64,000 bases of DNA from Trichodelitschia bisporula (Eukaryota): the NCBI GenBank assembly GCA_010356995.1, contig ML996688.1:1116001-1180000 (forward strand). Direction: 5' to 3'. Position 1 is the stretch's first letter. Each line of letters begins with the position of its first letter. Below the pieces are notes generated by a model, which was not told the origin of the DNA, searched no databases, and saw only the letters and a list, made by a program, of their open reading frames with translations. Positions 37,743 through 48,675 of the stretch are shown one piece after another. The translations under genes and the position numbers were made by a program.

Positions 37743-38168
37743 GATCAATCTCGTGAGCGATGCGTTCCTCGGAAGCGACACCTCCTCGGGGCGGCGCCCC
37801 TCACGTTGAAGCAGCGTTTCTGGCCCAGTATTCTCCTTTCCAACTGGCCACTACCGGTAGGACTCGCGCCCATTGTGCTCAGCAATGATCGATCTCGTCA
37901 GCGATGCGTTCCGCTGAAGCGACACCTCCTTGGGGCGGTGTCCTCCCACCGAAACAGCTTGTATGGCCCAGTGTTCTTCTCTTCTATCTGGCCATTACCG
38001 GTAGGACTCGCGCCCATCGTGCTCAGCGACGATCAATCTCGTGAGCGATGCGTTCCTCGGAAGCGACACTTCTTGGGGCGGCGCCTGCCTTCCGCTGAAA
38101 CAGTCTCTCTGGCCCAGTGTTCTTCTCTTCCGTCTGGACGCCACCGGTAGGACTTGTGCCTATCCTGT
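37743..38168. repeat. 144-bp tandem repeat, three copies
   Basis: GATCRATCTCGTSAGCGATGCGTTCC begins at 37743, 37887 and 38031; each copy includes ACCGGTAGGACT. Confidence 0.92.
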
Positions 38169-40078
38169 TTTGGTCTTCACAAGGCATGTGTGAACCACGA
38201 TCTGGTCGCCCCTACGCTTCTCCTTATGCCCTCGTGGCTCGGACCACTCTGAAGCAACTCAGATCACGACGATGCTATCGCCTCAAGATTCCACTGCATC
38301 GCGCCTCATCCCTCAGTATGTTATTGTGCCTGGTGCGGCCATTGTCCACGGGTTACGGCTTGCGGCTTGTTCGAACTTGGTTCTGGCTCCACTAGTCAGT
38401 ATTCGCGATCTTTCCATTCTCATCGCTGGTTCTGTAGAGTGCTCACTGGTGATCCAGTGTCTCTATAATGGTTGCCCTCCTCCAAAAGTACCTCTCTGAC
38501 CAAGAGCCTTGCCAAGCACCTATTGTTTCTTCCGTAGGACTTGGTTGTACTGTGGGTCGATCTCAGTCAGGATCCTGTGCGTTTCTCTCCGCACCCTCGC
38601 GCTTTTTTCAGTGTTGGTGCAATTCGGATAGCGTTGCTTCATGCTGTCAAAGTATGAAGCCTCATCCCCTTGTACGGTGCTGTGCTGGTGTCGCCCTTGT
38701 CCGCGGCTGACTCTATCGACGCAGTGAACGCGCAGGTAAGTCCTTTTGATCTCCTCCTCCCTCTCTCCCCCTTCTGTGTAGTATTTTCGCATGCGATCCA
38801 GTGCCCATGCGACGCTTGACTTAATCGCAAGAGTTTAATGGCCGGTGATGCGCGTTCGAAGCGGAAGGAGTGAGAAATTTCGGTGTTTTGCTACCGGAGC
38901 GTCAGTCAAGTTCTTCAGTCGTTACATGCCTTGTAAGTCTTACCTTCTTCATCTAATGCCTTTGCGTTACTCGTCTTTATTTTTAGTGGACGGCGCCCGG
39001 TGGTGCGCTTCGAAGTAGAAAGAGTGGGAAATGAGGGGCTCTGCTGCAGCATCGTCCGTCGAGGCTTTTCAAGCCACGATGTCTTTCTCATCTTGACTTT
39101 CATTCTCCATGGTCTATGCGAGGATGGTCTTGTTATGCAGCGTAGGCTGCATGGTGCTGCGCTTTGCGGTGGAAGGATGGAGAAGTGGCGGCTTCCTGGG
39201 CAAGGTCGTCGATCAAGCTTTTGAGCGCTCTGATGCCTTTCCAGTCTTTCACCCCTTTCTCGCATGGAGTTCAAGAGTGTGAGATCGAGCGCTGGGTATT
39301 TTTGAAGCTGTGTGGAGCCTCAGACGCAGGGAGGGAATTCTCGCGATGCGTGGGTTGTGGTGTTGCTGCTTGCAGCTAACGCGATACAGTTTCGTCTGGA
39401 GTGCTCGAAGCTTCACATCACCTCCTATGGATAGGAGTATAATTTCTCCTTGGAACTTGGAAGATGGCACTCGAATTTAGCTTCATCGTTTGCTATGGCT
39501 TTCTGCTAGTTGCTAAGGGCTGGTGCTCTACCTCGTCGCCTTCGTACAAGCTGTGCTGAAGCTTTTGGCGTCGAAAGCCACAACTCTACAGTGACCACCA
39601 CGGTCCTAGCTTCCATATCATCAAGGCTGGAAGATCCAAAGTATTGAAAGTACCCAGGACGAGCCTCGGCGCGCCTGAGTCATCGCATCATTACTCTCAC
39701 TGCCTCATATCCACCAGCCGCACTAGATAATGGTCAGCCTGAGGCCCCCCTCTGGATACCCCCACTGCCCCGCCCCTTCCTCAACAGCCTCGCCCATGAC
39801 CTCAAGTCTGCTATCCCCCGCCAAGGGGAGGTATAACTCACCACCAACCATGGGGCTGGGTGAGAGGAAGGCTCTGCCCTTTCCCTACTTGGAAGGGGAG
39901 GGGGTGAGCACCTTCCTCACCAGTTCTCAAATCAGCCCACAAAGCAGTATAAATTCCTCTGACTGTTTCCTCCAAACTCTTCCACCTCCATCTCACCTTT
40001 CTACGACAACGCCTCACCTTCTTACGACAACACCTTCACTCATTACACCCATTTACTTTCCAATTCGATCTTAAGTAC

Positions 40079-41188
40079 ATGATGTCTTCCTCATCTTCAC
40101 ACACCCCATCAGCGCTCTCACCGACCTCTCTCCCAGTGGACAGTGCGCCTGCTTGTACCTGCTCTCCTCAGTCCCTCCCAGACCCCAACTGTCATCACAC
40201 CACAGCTGCAATAGCCCAGGCCCAGGCCGATGATGCAGAACTGCACGTAGCCTTCAGCTCAAACACCATCTCCCCGCGCCCTCACTATTCGCTTCGCGCG
40301 CCCTCGCCATACCCCACCACGGCGCGTCGCACACTCAGTGCGCGCCTGCGTGCCCGCATCGCGGCGCTGCCTGCTCGGATGATGTGCCGTGCTGCTCGGA
40401 CGCTGCGCGGCCGTGGCCTGCGTGGCGCGGCGAGCGATGGCGATAGCTCGTCCACCCGTTCTGTCAACAACTCGAACGGAACCATCGCCGGCCCAGAGTA
40501 CCGCCCGAGCGATGATGGAACCACCACTAATGTCCCGAGTTTGGGTGATGGAACCACCGATACCGTCTCGACTTCAGATGATGCCACCAACCGCAGCAGC
40601 CTGCCGACGGGCCAGCTTCCTCCTCACGCCCCCGCCGACCTGCTCGACCGCCAGACGGCCACGGTCAACGACGAGCTTATGGACGAAGGTGAGAACACCA
40701 ACCAGTCCGACGTAACCGCGACTGAGAGCCAGGTTCCGGTCCGCATTATCGACCCCAACTATCTTCGGGAACCCGAGCCCGTCCCTTTCCTCATCCCGCG
40801 TCGCCCCCTCCCCTCGCCCCGCATATCGCTGGGCCTCACCTTCTATGGCACTCAGTCTCTGACTGAGACGCTTGGTTGGGGTTACAGCTTTATGCAGGCG
40901 GGGGCGGGCGCCAACGCGCCTGTTGCGGATGAGGCGGAGGGTGTCCCCGGACCCTCGGAGCCTCGCTCCCTCAGCTACGCTGTGGGAATGAACGACGTCA
41001 TTGCCGGTACCTTTGAGGACGGTGACGCCCAGGACGGCCAGAATGTGGAGGGCCCGCGTGCGCCACCGGGGACGCCCGTCACCTCGCCGTTTGCCGATGC
41101 GTTTGCCCTGAACGGGTCGCTGGAGGAGGAGGATGACGAGGAGCGAGGAGTACCTCTTCTGTCGCGTAACAACGATGCTGCGCACTAG
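40079..41188 (+). CDS. Hypothetical S/T/P/D-rich protein with no recognised domain
   Basis: 369-codon ORF; TATAAAT near 39948 followed by a CT-rich leader; canonical intron signals at the 3' end. Confidence 0.6.
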   Translation: MMSSSSSHTPSALSPTSLPVDSAPACTCSPQSLPDPNCHHTTAAIAQAQADDAELHVAFSSNTISPRPHYSLRAPSPYPTTARRTLSARLRARIAALPARMMCRAARTLRGRGLRGAASDGDSSSTRSVNNSNGTIAGPEYRPSDDGTTTNVPSLGDGTTDTVSTSDDATNRSSLPTGQLPPHAPADLLDRQTATVNDELMDEGENTNQSDVTATESQVPVRIIDPNYLREPEPVPFLIPRRPLPSPRISLGLTFYGTQSLTETLGWGYSFMQAGAGANAPVADEAEGVPGPSEPRSLSYAVGMNDVIAGTFEDGDAQDGQNVEGPRAPPGTPVTSPFADAFALNGSLEEEDDEERGVPLLSRNNDAAH

Positions 41189-42408
41189 TAAGTTATCTCG
41201 TGTGAGAAGGGGTGTGCTGGGCTAACAGCTTTTCCAGGCGTCGTTCTCAGGTTCTCTACACGGTGTGGACGGGTGTTTGTATGTGTTTAAAATGGTATCA
41301 TTAGCGATGGAGTTTGGGCGCTGTGTTTCTTCAAACAGCATTATTATGAAGCGTAAAGGGCGGCGATGGAGGAAGGCGTTCAAGGACTACGGCAAGATAC
41401 CCCTTTCGGTTCTCGCGTGGGATGTTCTTCTGCTGCTCACTTTGAGCGGCTGGTCTGTCTGCGATCTACAATGGGTATGGTTGCGATGTGTGTCGAGGCG
41501 CTGGTGTGGGTGTTTCTTTGCGATGTTTGTTGTTTTCATGATGCGTTCCGTACAATAAAATGGAGTTTAATGGCTCTTGCTTAATCTGTGTCTCTGACGC
41601 TGTGCTCTGACTACCTACTCTCACTGACCTTTTCTTGGACGCTCTCTCATTCTTGCGCTCTGAAACTAGCTGCCTTTCCGCTTCTCAGCCTCCACACACC
41701 ACCACAGATTACAGAAAGCTCCAATCCCCGTGGGCTCACTGAAGTGAACCTATGAACCGGCTGACTATCAGTGAGTCTTGGCTACTATAATTTGTGCCAT
41801 TTCGATGGTTGTGAAGCTGCAGTCTTGCATTTGGTGGGCTGCGGAAGAGATGGGCAGTGCTTTAGTTGCGGGAAGGACACGCATTTAATGCAACTTAGGC
41901 TTAGGACATCTTATAATGAAGAGCGAGGGAAGAATGGGGACGAGGGCCTTCTTCCATACGGCGGAGTGTTGCATCACCTTGTGAAGCCTTTTTCACATTG
42001 TGGAGTGTGCCTCACGGGTGGCGTGCCTCATGGGTGGGTGACATCATAACTGCGGGTTGGCGCCCTTAAGTATCTAGGCGTGGCCTACAAACCGACGTAG
42101 GTATATCATTAGGGTGAATACGGACGCCTCCGCAACGTGCGCGAAGTTGCAGATGTCTAGCTCGCACCCTACGACTACAGTCATGCAGTAGAGTATCCAT
42201 CACCGATTTTATGGTAGCATCATGACACAAGTCTTTTATTGAACCGGCTTTGGATTGCCCACTCACTGGCCCGATCCGCTTTCCCTGAAGCATAAAGCAG
42301 CACAGCCATGTAGCACCATCCGTAGATCTCAAGTCTGCCCGCAGCTTCCCAAATTGCACGCACAGCAACACACCCCAAGCCCATCAAGCCCATAAGGCAC
42401 TGTTAAAT

Positions 42409-43605
42409 CTATTCAGTCCAACCCCCGCGCTCTTCCTCATCCGGCTCCTCCCCTCCCAACCCGTACTCACTGTCATCATACTCCCCTTCATCAGCACTCT
42501 CCCCCCACTCCCTCCGCTCCATCCTCCGCCCAATCACCGCTCTCAACCTCGGATCATAAGAGTCCATATCCTCCAACAAGAAGGTAAGCACCTCCATATA
42601 CTGCGCAATCAAACCCCGAAGCGGGCGCTCTAGCCTCTGCGCCCGGTCCTCTCCTGCTGTCCCCTGTAGCTCGTCTATCAATACTGCTATTTCGTGCTCC
42701 CAGCGCTGTTCCAGGTCCTCCCGTGCGTCGGTGTAGATGGCGACGAGGAAGCCGAAGAAGGAGCGCGGTTCGTTGGGTGAATTGAAGCTGAAGCCGCGGA
42801 ACTCGAACGGGTTGGTGGTGGGTAAGAATGTGTCGGTGCCGGGCGAGGATATGCGGCTGCCGAAGGTTCCGTATGCGTCTACGCCGTTGACAAGATTTGT
42901 GTCCAGACCGTTGACACCGTGGTGGTCTGCGCCGTTGACCACGTGGTGGTTCGCACTGTTAACGCCGTGGTAGTTCACACCATTGACGCCGTGGCGGTGC
43001 ACACCATTGACGCCGTGGTGGTTCACACCATTGACGCCGTGGTGGTTCACACCATTGACGCCGTGGTGGTTCACACCATTGATGCCGTGGTGGTTCACAC
43101 CGTTGACACCGTGGTGGTCCACACCGTTGACACCATGGTGGTCTGCACCGTTGACGGCGTGGTGGTATACACCGTTGTCTTCGGGTTCTTCCTCGTTGCT
43201 CACAGAGTCGCTCTTGTCGCCCGACGAAGCCTCGGGGAACTCAAACCGTTGGTTCAGGGTATGGAGTAGGATGAGGTAGTCGAGATTGCTGAGGTAGTTG
43301 AGATTGTTGAGAATATCTGCGGCGATTGGCATTGTCAAGGGGGAGATGACATCGGAGCTGCTGTCGCGAGATGCGGTAGAGGGGACATTGCTGCGGTTAG
43401 CTTCTGTGCGGGCCTCGCTGATGCTGGTGGTTTCCGTGTGAGGAGTGCCGTTAACGCCGTTGGTAAGGGGGCGGAGTGCGCCACTGGTGCCATTTGTGAG
43501 ATGATCAGTTCCGTCATGAGCGTTCACCCGATGTAACCGTTCCCCATCATAAGTTTCGCAGTCCGATACCATCTCCTCGTAGTAGTATGAGCTCGGGAAT
43601 GACAT
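42409..43605 (-). CDS. Hypothetical protein with NGVNHHGV octapeptide repeats and acidic C-terminus
   Basis: 398-codon ATG-initiated ORF; the repeat keeps the reading frame. Confidence 0.65.
   Translation of the reverse strand: MSFPSSYYYEEMVSDCETYDGERLHRVNAHDGTDHLTNGTSGALRPLTNGVNGTPHTETTSISEARTEANRSNVPSTASRDSSSDVISPLTMPIAADILNNLNYLSNLDYLILLHTLNQRFEFPEASSGDKSDSVSNEEEPEDNGVYHHAVNGADHHGVNGVDHHGVNGVNHHGINGVNHHGVNGVNHHGVNGVNHHGVNGVHRHGVNGVNYHGVNSANHHVVNGADHHGVNGLDTNLVNGVDAYGTFGSRISSPGTDTFLPTTNPFEFRGFSFNSPNEPRSFFGFLVAIYTDAREDLEQRWEHEIAVLIDELQGTAGEDRAQRLERPLRGLIAQYMEVLTFLLEDMDSYDPRLRAVIGRRMERREWGESADEGEYDDSEYGLGGEEPDEEERGGWTE
42877..43176 (-). repeat. 24-bp coding tandem repeat, about 12.5 units
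   Basis: On the plus strand CACACCATTGACGCCGTGGTGGTT recurs with 24-nt period. Confidence 0.92.
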
Positions 43606-45279
43606 TGTGTCCGTCGCTTCTGGAGTGCGGCAAAGTTAAGATTGTAGCTTCGATTGCAGGATACAAACAACAGAGCTCTGATTGTGTGGTGATGCATTTC
43701 GACGGCAAACCATGCTCGCGGTCGAATATAAGGGGCTGAAGACTGAGTGACCGAAATACATCCGTGAAGTATAGTTCCCAAAACGGACGCCTGGGGCACG
43801 TGATATGGGCGTGCGCAGAGGTATATCGAGGAAGGAACGGCCGCCGGTCGTCCAGCGCCGAGGGACGGCACGAAAATCAGTGACGCGTGCCATGGGAGGC
43901 TGTTTGCTCGCTGGTGCACAGGGCACAGTCTGTGAGGGGCAAAGGTGCTGGACTGCTTTGTTGTTGATGATATCTCCTCCACAACACAACCATCATCCTT
44001 CCACTGTCCTTTTTGATCTTCCAGTACTCTTAATCGCAACCACGGTGCGTCCCCACTTCTTCCCTCGTGCGTTCCCGTTACACCGATACTGACAGGAGAA
44101 TAGGTTAATGTTCGCACTATCACCGACTCGCCTCATTTTGAGTTCTTGTGGCAACTCTTCGCGGGCATCATGATGATGATGCTGGCTAGGTTCATTGTAC
44201 GGAAGTGGTTGATCCTGTCTGCAGGAAACCTGGAAATTCCTGTTCGCATCAACCGAGAGCGCCTGAGGACCATCATATGGTATCTCGAGACGTTCACCTG
44301 GGGCGCCACCATGTTCAAGGGGACCATATTCTCGTGGACTCTCCTGCGCCGCTTCAGCTTCTTTGGCGAGTTGATTCCCTCCGTTGCCATGGGTTCTTCC
44401 GCTTGGGAAATGATCGCGCTCTTCTTGCCGCTCGCGCTCATGCTAATGCCTTTGGCGTTCAGTAAGTCCCCTAGTTCTAGGCGAAGGGTGGTCAGGACTA
44501 ATCTCCTTAGACATGACGCACAGCGTCCGGAGCTGCGAGAGGGTGGATTGTACCATCTGCACTCCCACAGCTGCCGAGTCTGACGCGGCCTTCGAGTTCG
44601 GCACGTGAGCGAGACCGATACATCTGGCGAGTCTGCTGGAGAGAACGGTTCCACCAGCGCTCGACCCCTGAGCCGGATACGCGCCCGATGTTAGGCAGGA
44701 GGTTTGGAGTGTGGTCCTGATATGGCTGTTCGGGATCTGTCACGCGTGGGACTGGCGGGTGTGCGTTGCTAGTTCAGATGTCTGGCGGTGGGTTTGGTGC
44801 TGCCGATACTGTTGAGTTTACGTATGGAGTGCCTGTAGTCCAACTAGGCTGTGCTCGTCAGCTCTGATGTCACGAGGCGACAGTGTTCTCACGCGTGATG
44901 TGATATGATATACCTAAGAGATGGTTCAGCGGTGATGGGATGCACCGGTACGTGCCCGTAGCTACGTCATACTAGGTGAACTGGATCGATGCTGATATGA
45001 ACCAGTGCTGGAGTTTATTGATGCCAAAAGCTCAAGTTCTTTCGGACGATGCCTGGTATTGAATAGTCTCCCGGAGTCACTCTTCTGGTTGCGACTATGC
45101 CGTTCGCTTTTGATAATCGTACATGATATCTGACTGTTCGCTGTTTGTAAGCTCCAGTTTGCAGCTTATACGAGACTGTCATACCTGGCAAGAGCTTCAT
45201 CCAATCCCCCCACGTTCCTGAACATAAATTATGCGCCTCCGATACCGGCCATGATGATTCAAACGCTACAAATGCCTCC

Positions 45280-46503
45280 TCAGTCACTGTCGCTATCACT
45301 CCCATACCCCACAAGCGGTCCTGCCTGTGCAGGCGCCTTCGGCTGCGCAGTCGTAAACGCGACACCTCGACTCCGCAGCGCCGCCAGCGTCGACCCGGCG
45401 AAGATGCCACCCGCATCCTGCTCCATCTCCTGCTGCTCCACGGGCGGTGCCTCAATCATCCCCATCTCCTCCCCCCCCTCCAACAACCCCTGCTGCTCTC
45501 CCTCCTCAATCCCACGTTGCTGCGCAATCCAATCCCCCTTCTCTTTCGCATACCACACATCATCCGGCGCCTCATACCCCGGCAACCCAAACGACCCCTC
45601 AATCTTCCTCCTCTTCTTCGCCTCCGGATCGCGGCCCTCAAGCTCAGCCACATACGCCGCAGGCAGCGCCTTGCGAATCGCCTCCGCAGCCTGTTCTTCA
45701 ATCTTAGCGGCCTCGCGCTTCGCAGCCTGGGGGTTAGGATCCATAGTCGCCCAGCGCACGTTCAGCACCTCCTCGTGATCGAGGGGCTGGTGCGCCATGG
45801 CCTCCTTCGCGAACTCGCTGTTTGCAAGGTTGGAATATGTCACGAAGGCCACGCCGCGGTTGTTGAGTACGCGGATGCGCTCCACCTGTCCCCACTCCGC
45901 GAAATGCCGCGCAACGATTTCTTCAATATCGTCTGTGACGTGAATCCGCCCCACATACAGCGTCCGGTTCTGCCGCATGAAGCTCCCCACCCCGCCCATA
46001 TCATCTCTATAATCTGCGAACTTGTCCCGCCCGAAACAATCCACGTTCGGATTGAAAATATCATGCAACCCGGGCAGGCGATGTAGGTACTCGCACTCTT
46101 TCCCACGGGGACAAACCCCCCTCGCAAAGAACAAGCAGAAGAAGGAGCCGGGCACGTTGTCTGCGCGCGTGTACCCACTGTCGCGCGCGATGTTGCACCG
46201 GCTCGCAGCGGCGTGTTGCGTATTGGCGTCCCTGTCGCCGCCGGACCATTTGTTGTACCAGATGTTGAAGATAGTGCCTGTTTGGGGCGGGGGCTCGGAT
46301 TTGAAGGTTGCGGGGTCGACCTGGGGGCGGGCAGGGCGGCGTTTCTTGACTTTCTTGATGATTTTCTTTACTTTTTTGGTGCCCGTTGTTGTGGTGAGGG
46401 CGGAGGCGGAGGAGGACTCGGTGGCTTCGGCGGGGAGTTGGAAGGCATCTTCGGTGGCGGCGGGGGGTGAGAGGACTTGTGTGGTATTTTCTGGGGAGGC
46501 CAT
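45280..46503 (-). CDS. CWC2: Pre-mRNA splicing factor Cwc2 (torus/CCCH zinc finger plus RRM)
   Basis: FNIWYNKWSGG, FCLFFARGVCPRGKECEYLH, DCFGRDKFADYRDDMGGVGSF, RTLYVG, FAKEAM, LNVRWA; intronless. Confidence 0.95.
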   Translation of the reverse strand: MASPENTTQVLSPPAATEDAFQLPAEATESSSASALTTTTGTKKVKKIIKKVKKRRPARPQVDPATFKSEPPPQTGTIFNIWYNKWSGGDRDANTQHAAASRCNIARDSGYTRADNVPGSFFCLFFARGVCPRGKECEYLHRLPGLHDIFNPNVDCFGRDKFADYRDDMGGVGSFMRQNRTLYVGRIHVTDDIEEIVARHFAEWGQVERIRVLNNRGVAFVTYSNLANSEFAKEAMAHQPLDHEEVLNVRWATMDPNPQAAKREAAKIEEQAAEAIRKALPAAYVAELEGRDPEAKKRRKIEGSFGLPGYEAPDDVWYAKEKGDWIAQQRGIEEGEQQGLLEGGEEMGMIEAPPVEQQEMEQDAGGIFAGSTLAALRSRGVAFTTAQPKAPAQAGPLVGYGSDSDSD

Positions 46504-48675
46504 GGTTGTGGATGGGGAGGGAATGGATGGAGAGGTGTAGATGCGCGTCGTGGTTGTCGTCGCTGAACGAGGTGGTGTAGTTGAACTTCAGATGGCGTGG
46601 CTGAGTTGGCAGGGGAGTGAGGCGGCAGTGGCGCATCGCTTAGGTAATTTTCCATGCCTCAGGCATGCATTTGGTGCCTCACTGCATCTTGTCAGATCTC
46701 AAACTACGTGGACGGCGATGTCTATTTTCCGACGACTCCATTCCTCGGATCTTCGCCGTATTATGACACCGCAATATGATAGCAGACACCGAAACCCGGT
46801 ATTCCCGCCCTCAACAATCAATCTCCTCGCCGTAAGAGGCAATTCGCGAATCATACTACGTGTGTTATCGGCTTCATCGCCAGGAAGGCGAGGGGTGCTC
46901 CTTGCACGATAATTTGCGACAAAAACAACATCAACGTCTCCAACCTCCCTGATTTTCGGTTACAACTCTGAACTCTATTGCGGCGTGATCATCATCCAAT
47001 TTGAACCATTGTCAGTTCAGCCGTTTCACGCTGCAACTCGACAGTTTGAACCTTGCGTAAGAACTTCGACCTCTCATGGGAGCTGTTTGACCAACAACGG
47101 TTCCCATCCCACGGGATCCCCGCGTCGGACAAGCGCCTTTTGCATAACTCACCATACCCTCGGCATTCCAACACCCAACATGCAACATATCGAATCGGAG
47201 ACTTTCTTTTATGTTTCTGGTCTCGAAGCGGAGACCGGTTCTGGCAAGGTGCAGGCTCGTTGCGGAGTCCATACAGAGTAAGTCTAGTGACCCTAGCGTC
47301 GCAAAATATGCCCCACTCGTATTCCTCGCATTGCATCGTTCAAGCTTTACGTCGCTGCAAACCCACGATCCCACGGCTGTTGAAGGATGCCGTGTGTGGG
47401 TCGGGAATTACCGACGTGTGCCGACGTGCAGGCATGCCCGAAGCCAGGCGACTGGTTGACCGTGAAACGGGCTCCTCTCGCTTGTTCGCCCTTCGGTTCT
47501 AGTAGCTCGCTTCGCCGACAGCTAGGCGCCACCTTTTCGCAAGCGGGCGTTGAGCCGCCCATGGCGCCGCGGCGCATCTTTGGGATACGTCTTTCAGCTT
47601 CAGGCAGCAAGAACATGTACATAATAACTATCTTGCACCTGGACCATTCCACGGAAGCACGAAGATACAGATGGCCCGTCTTCTTCGTGTTCGTCGCGAT
47701 GGCCAGGCTGCCATGCGTACAATGTTTGACATGTTGGTTGTGCTTGTCCTACTGGCACCCGCACGGGGCCAGGGGTTGCGATTAGCCCATCTCAACTTCG
47801 CCTTCGCTAACTCCAGAGTCCCTGGACGAAACAGGATAATACGGGGTTGAAGCGAACAGTCTGGAGCTCGGAGGCGAGATCTCGGATTCGTTCACGATGG
47901 TCAATTGCGGCAAGAGGCTCTTCCCAGTGACCTGCGTCCGTTCATACCCGATTTTCCTCACATCATGACCGCTTTTGAGCTCTTTCTATCGCGGGGATGG
48001 ACCTACCGTAGAGAAAGTTATACAAATTAAATCGGCATCTCACCCTTCCGACCATTTTCGACCTCTCACGGTTATCCCGCGAAGTCTAGGCGCGTCAAAG
48101 GCCGGGATTGTGCAAAGCTGCATGCGCCCCACGCCTCCCGCGCCGCTCTCCGCGTGTGCACGATTTCTGGAAACCGGAAGAGCCAGATGTTCAAGATTAG
48201 TGCAGGCCTTGTGCAACCCCCTCTCGCTTCCCCCCAAGCCCACACGGTCCCCCCGCCAGCCTGAGCCCTTCCCGCCAGCCCGCTCTAACCCCCCCCAGCG
48301 ACCGGTCGCCCAGAGAAGCTTACCTTTGTAGGCACATATAGATTGCTCCGTCACCCCAGAAATTCCTCTCGTGTATTGACGTCGGCATTCTTCCCCCCAC
48401 TCCCATTTATCTCTCCTACTATTCCCTATTATCTTTAATTGCTTCCTTCTACTTTTCTGCTCCCTTCGTCATATGTGCGGGTAGACCATGCGCTGAGCCG
48501 GCATCATTATCCCCACACTACATGTCCTCACGCCACTCGAGGCTCCACTTCATAGCGTAACTATAATTCCACTTCCACGCGGCGCGCGTCCGCCCATACT
48601 CTCTCTTCCCTTTTCTCCAATTGAGTGTCCTTGGTCGCCAGCATACAGCCTCACCCCGACCGGGACGCCAGCACA

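Noticed and set aside
27484..38168. CRISPR-like appearance of the 22-bp and 144-bp arrays
   Set aside because: Eukaryotic context, no unique spacers and no cas genes.
38915..44743. Short ORFs 38915-39274, 44133-44654 and 44507-44743
   Set aside because: No motifs or clear coding signal; cannot be supported without expression data.
36000..45200. Possible transposon or RIP relic
   Set aside because: No transposase, reverse transcriptase, integrase, TIR or LTR recognised, and no obvious AT-rich RIP signature.
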